From contig NC_081370.1 in NCBI RefSeq assembly GCF_030684315.1, positions 21,659,578 through 21,723,577 of the forward strand: DNA of 64,000 bases. The letters run 5' to 3'. The position numbers were made by a program, and so were the translations under genes. This stretch comes from Stegostoma tigrinum (Eukaryota). Position 1 is the stretch's first letter. Each line of letters starts with the position of its first letter. The notes beneath the pieces are model-generated. The model saw nothing but the letters and a program-made list of their open reading frames with translations, did not search any database and was not told the DNA's origin. This document shows positions 62,226-64,000 of the stretch, piece after piece.

Positions 62226-64000
62226 GGGGAAAATACTGTTTCATTACCTGCACTAGAGGGTTGAAGCTAGGTTATAACAGTATCACTAACAGAAAGATAA
62301 CTATGTAAAAGCCATCATCCATCAAACTCAAGACACACCATGAGTATACTTCATCCTTGTCCTTGGCTGCCATTCATTGGAGGATGACTTCACCTCATGC
62401 TAGTGGGTTTTTACTGTGGATCTTCATGTTCAATTCTCAAATACACATCTTTCAGCAGGACAAATTATAAAGGATTAAATCAGTGGGATTGAAAGTGCAG
62501 GATTTGCTTCACTTACCTGTTGGTGCTCTGGTCACTGATAATGCATTTGTGCTCTATGACTGATGCGGTCTGCAACATTTTGAATGATTTTCAGCAAGCT
62601 CCTCCTAACCATTAATGAGAATACTGTCACACTTCAAGAAAAGCTTCAGAATGTATTTAGAAGATTTTCTTTGTTGTCCCCGGAAATATTGGCCATTTCT
62701 GAGTTGAGAAAACAGGACCTGGCAAGAAAGATGCTTTTTAATTTATTCAGCTGCAGTATCTAACCCATCCTAATTGGTTTTCCAGGAGTTTTGCCTGAAT
62801 GCTGTGGGCCTGGCTTTAAGTAGTATTTATTTTTAGTATGACTATTTGAACAATAGTATTTGTTCAACTTTCCTACATGGAGTCCAGAGAAACAAAGAAA
62901 TTGCTGAACGAATTTCTCTAGTGATTCTATGTATTGCTGACACCCAATGCAGGTCTTTACTGTGGTACAACAATACAATTAAGTATCAAATCTCAATAAG
63001 ATACGCTGTAGCTTGTGATGAGAACCAATTGCATGAAGCTTCAGGTGTCATGGGCACTGCCACATGTTCCCTCCTTGGAGCTACCCAGATCAGACAAGAT
63101 TAAAAAGGAGATGCAGGTGGATAGAGCTAGCTCTAGACATGTGAATAACTGTTAATATTGGACATAGCTACGGATTCAAAAGAAGGCCCTCTGAATTGAT
63201 CCTCTTTCCCTGGACTTGGTGGTAAAAGTTCAGAAAGTTTAGGCTAAAATGGAACTGGCAGACCTTTTATCACTTCAGCTCCATGCACATGCAACACAGT
63301 AACAACCTCTGTTTGCAAGTGGAACTTTGGTTTGTTTTTGTATTGTTAGCCTATGGGGATTGTGACCACTCAAGCTGCTTTGTTGGCAGCAGATTGGGAA
63401 TCAAACGTGGAATTTTTCAAAGTTTGCACATCACAGCAACTCGCTGGATGAAATTGCTAAGCTTCTTTGAAATCTTCAAGCTGTGAATGAAATTAGTAAT
63501 GTTGAGATTGTTTTATTCTTTCATGAAGTGTGGAAGTTGTTGGCAAGAGTAAATTTTCATGCCTATTCCTAAGTGTCTTTCATAGGGCAGTTTTGAGCTA
63601 CTTTCTTGAATGGCTGCAGTCCATGAAATGAAAATACACCCACAGTACTGCTAAGGAACTGGTTCCAGGTTTTTGATCTAATGACCATAAAGGAAAATTG
63701 ATATTGGTCTGAGTGGTGCGTGGCTTGGATTGGGAACTCTCAGATTTTGCTGCTCCTGTGCACCTTCAATATGGTACAGTAGTATAGGGTTTGGAATGTG
63801 CTATCAAAGAAATCTAATTGAGTTAATTCAATGAATTATAAAGATGGTAAACACTTGCCGCTGTGTGATGATGGCGGAGAGAATGAATGTTTAAGATGAT
63901 GAATGGGGTCTCCGTTAAGGGAGCTGCTTTGTTCAGGATGTGTTGAGCACCTTGATAGTTAAAGTTCCACTAATCCAGGCAAATGGAGAGCACTTTGTCA

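Overview
Eukaryotic genomic DNA from a cartilaginous fish. The repeat complement (CR1 LINEs, HE1/V-SINE and Deu-domain SINE-like elements, Penelope-like elements) points to a shark, possibly a carpet shark (inference). Most of the window is one spliced minus-strand gene, fast skeletal troponin T (TNNT3). I read 18 coding exons by eye between 55260 (ATG) and 9626 (TAA). They include an 8-nt microexon, six 18-24 nt symmetric cassette microexons encoding the acidic/His-rich N-terminus, and two mutually exclusive 41-nt alpha/beta exons. With all cassettes and one 41-nt exon the CDS is 816 nt (271 aa plus stop) and stays in frame. Four of the microexons arose from a tandem duplication of a two-exon cassette whose intronic splicing motifs are still alignable. 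The introns hold many retroelement relics, including Penelope-derived fold-back elements with minimal hammerhead-ribozyme cores; one has a near-perfect 102-bp palindrome with a core on each strand. Putative promoters lie at about 57 kb (TNNT3), about 60.1 kb (divergent transcript) and at the left edge (next gene, possibly MRPL23). Nearly all ORFs in the supplied track are repeat fragments or noise.
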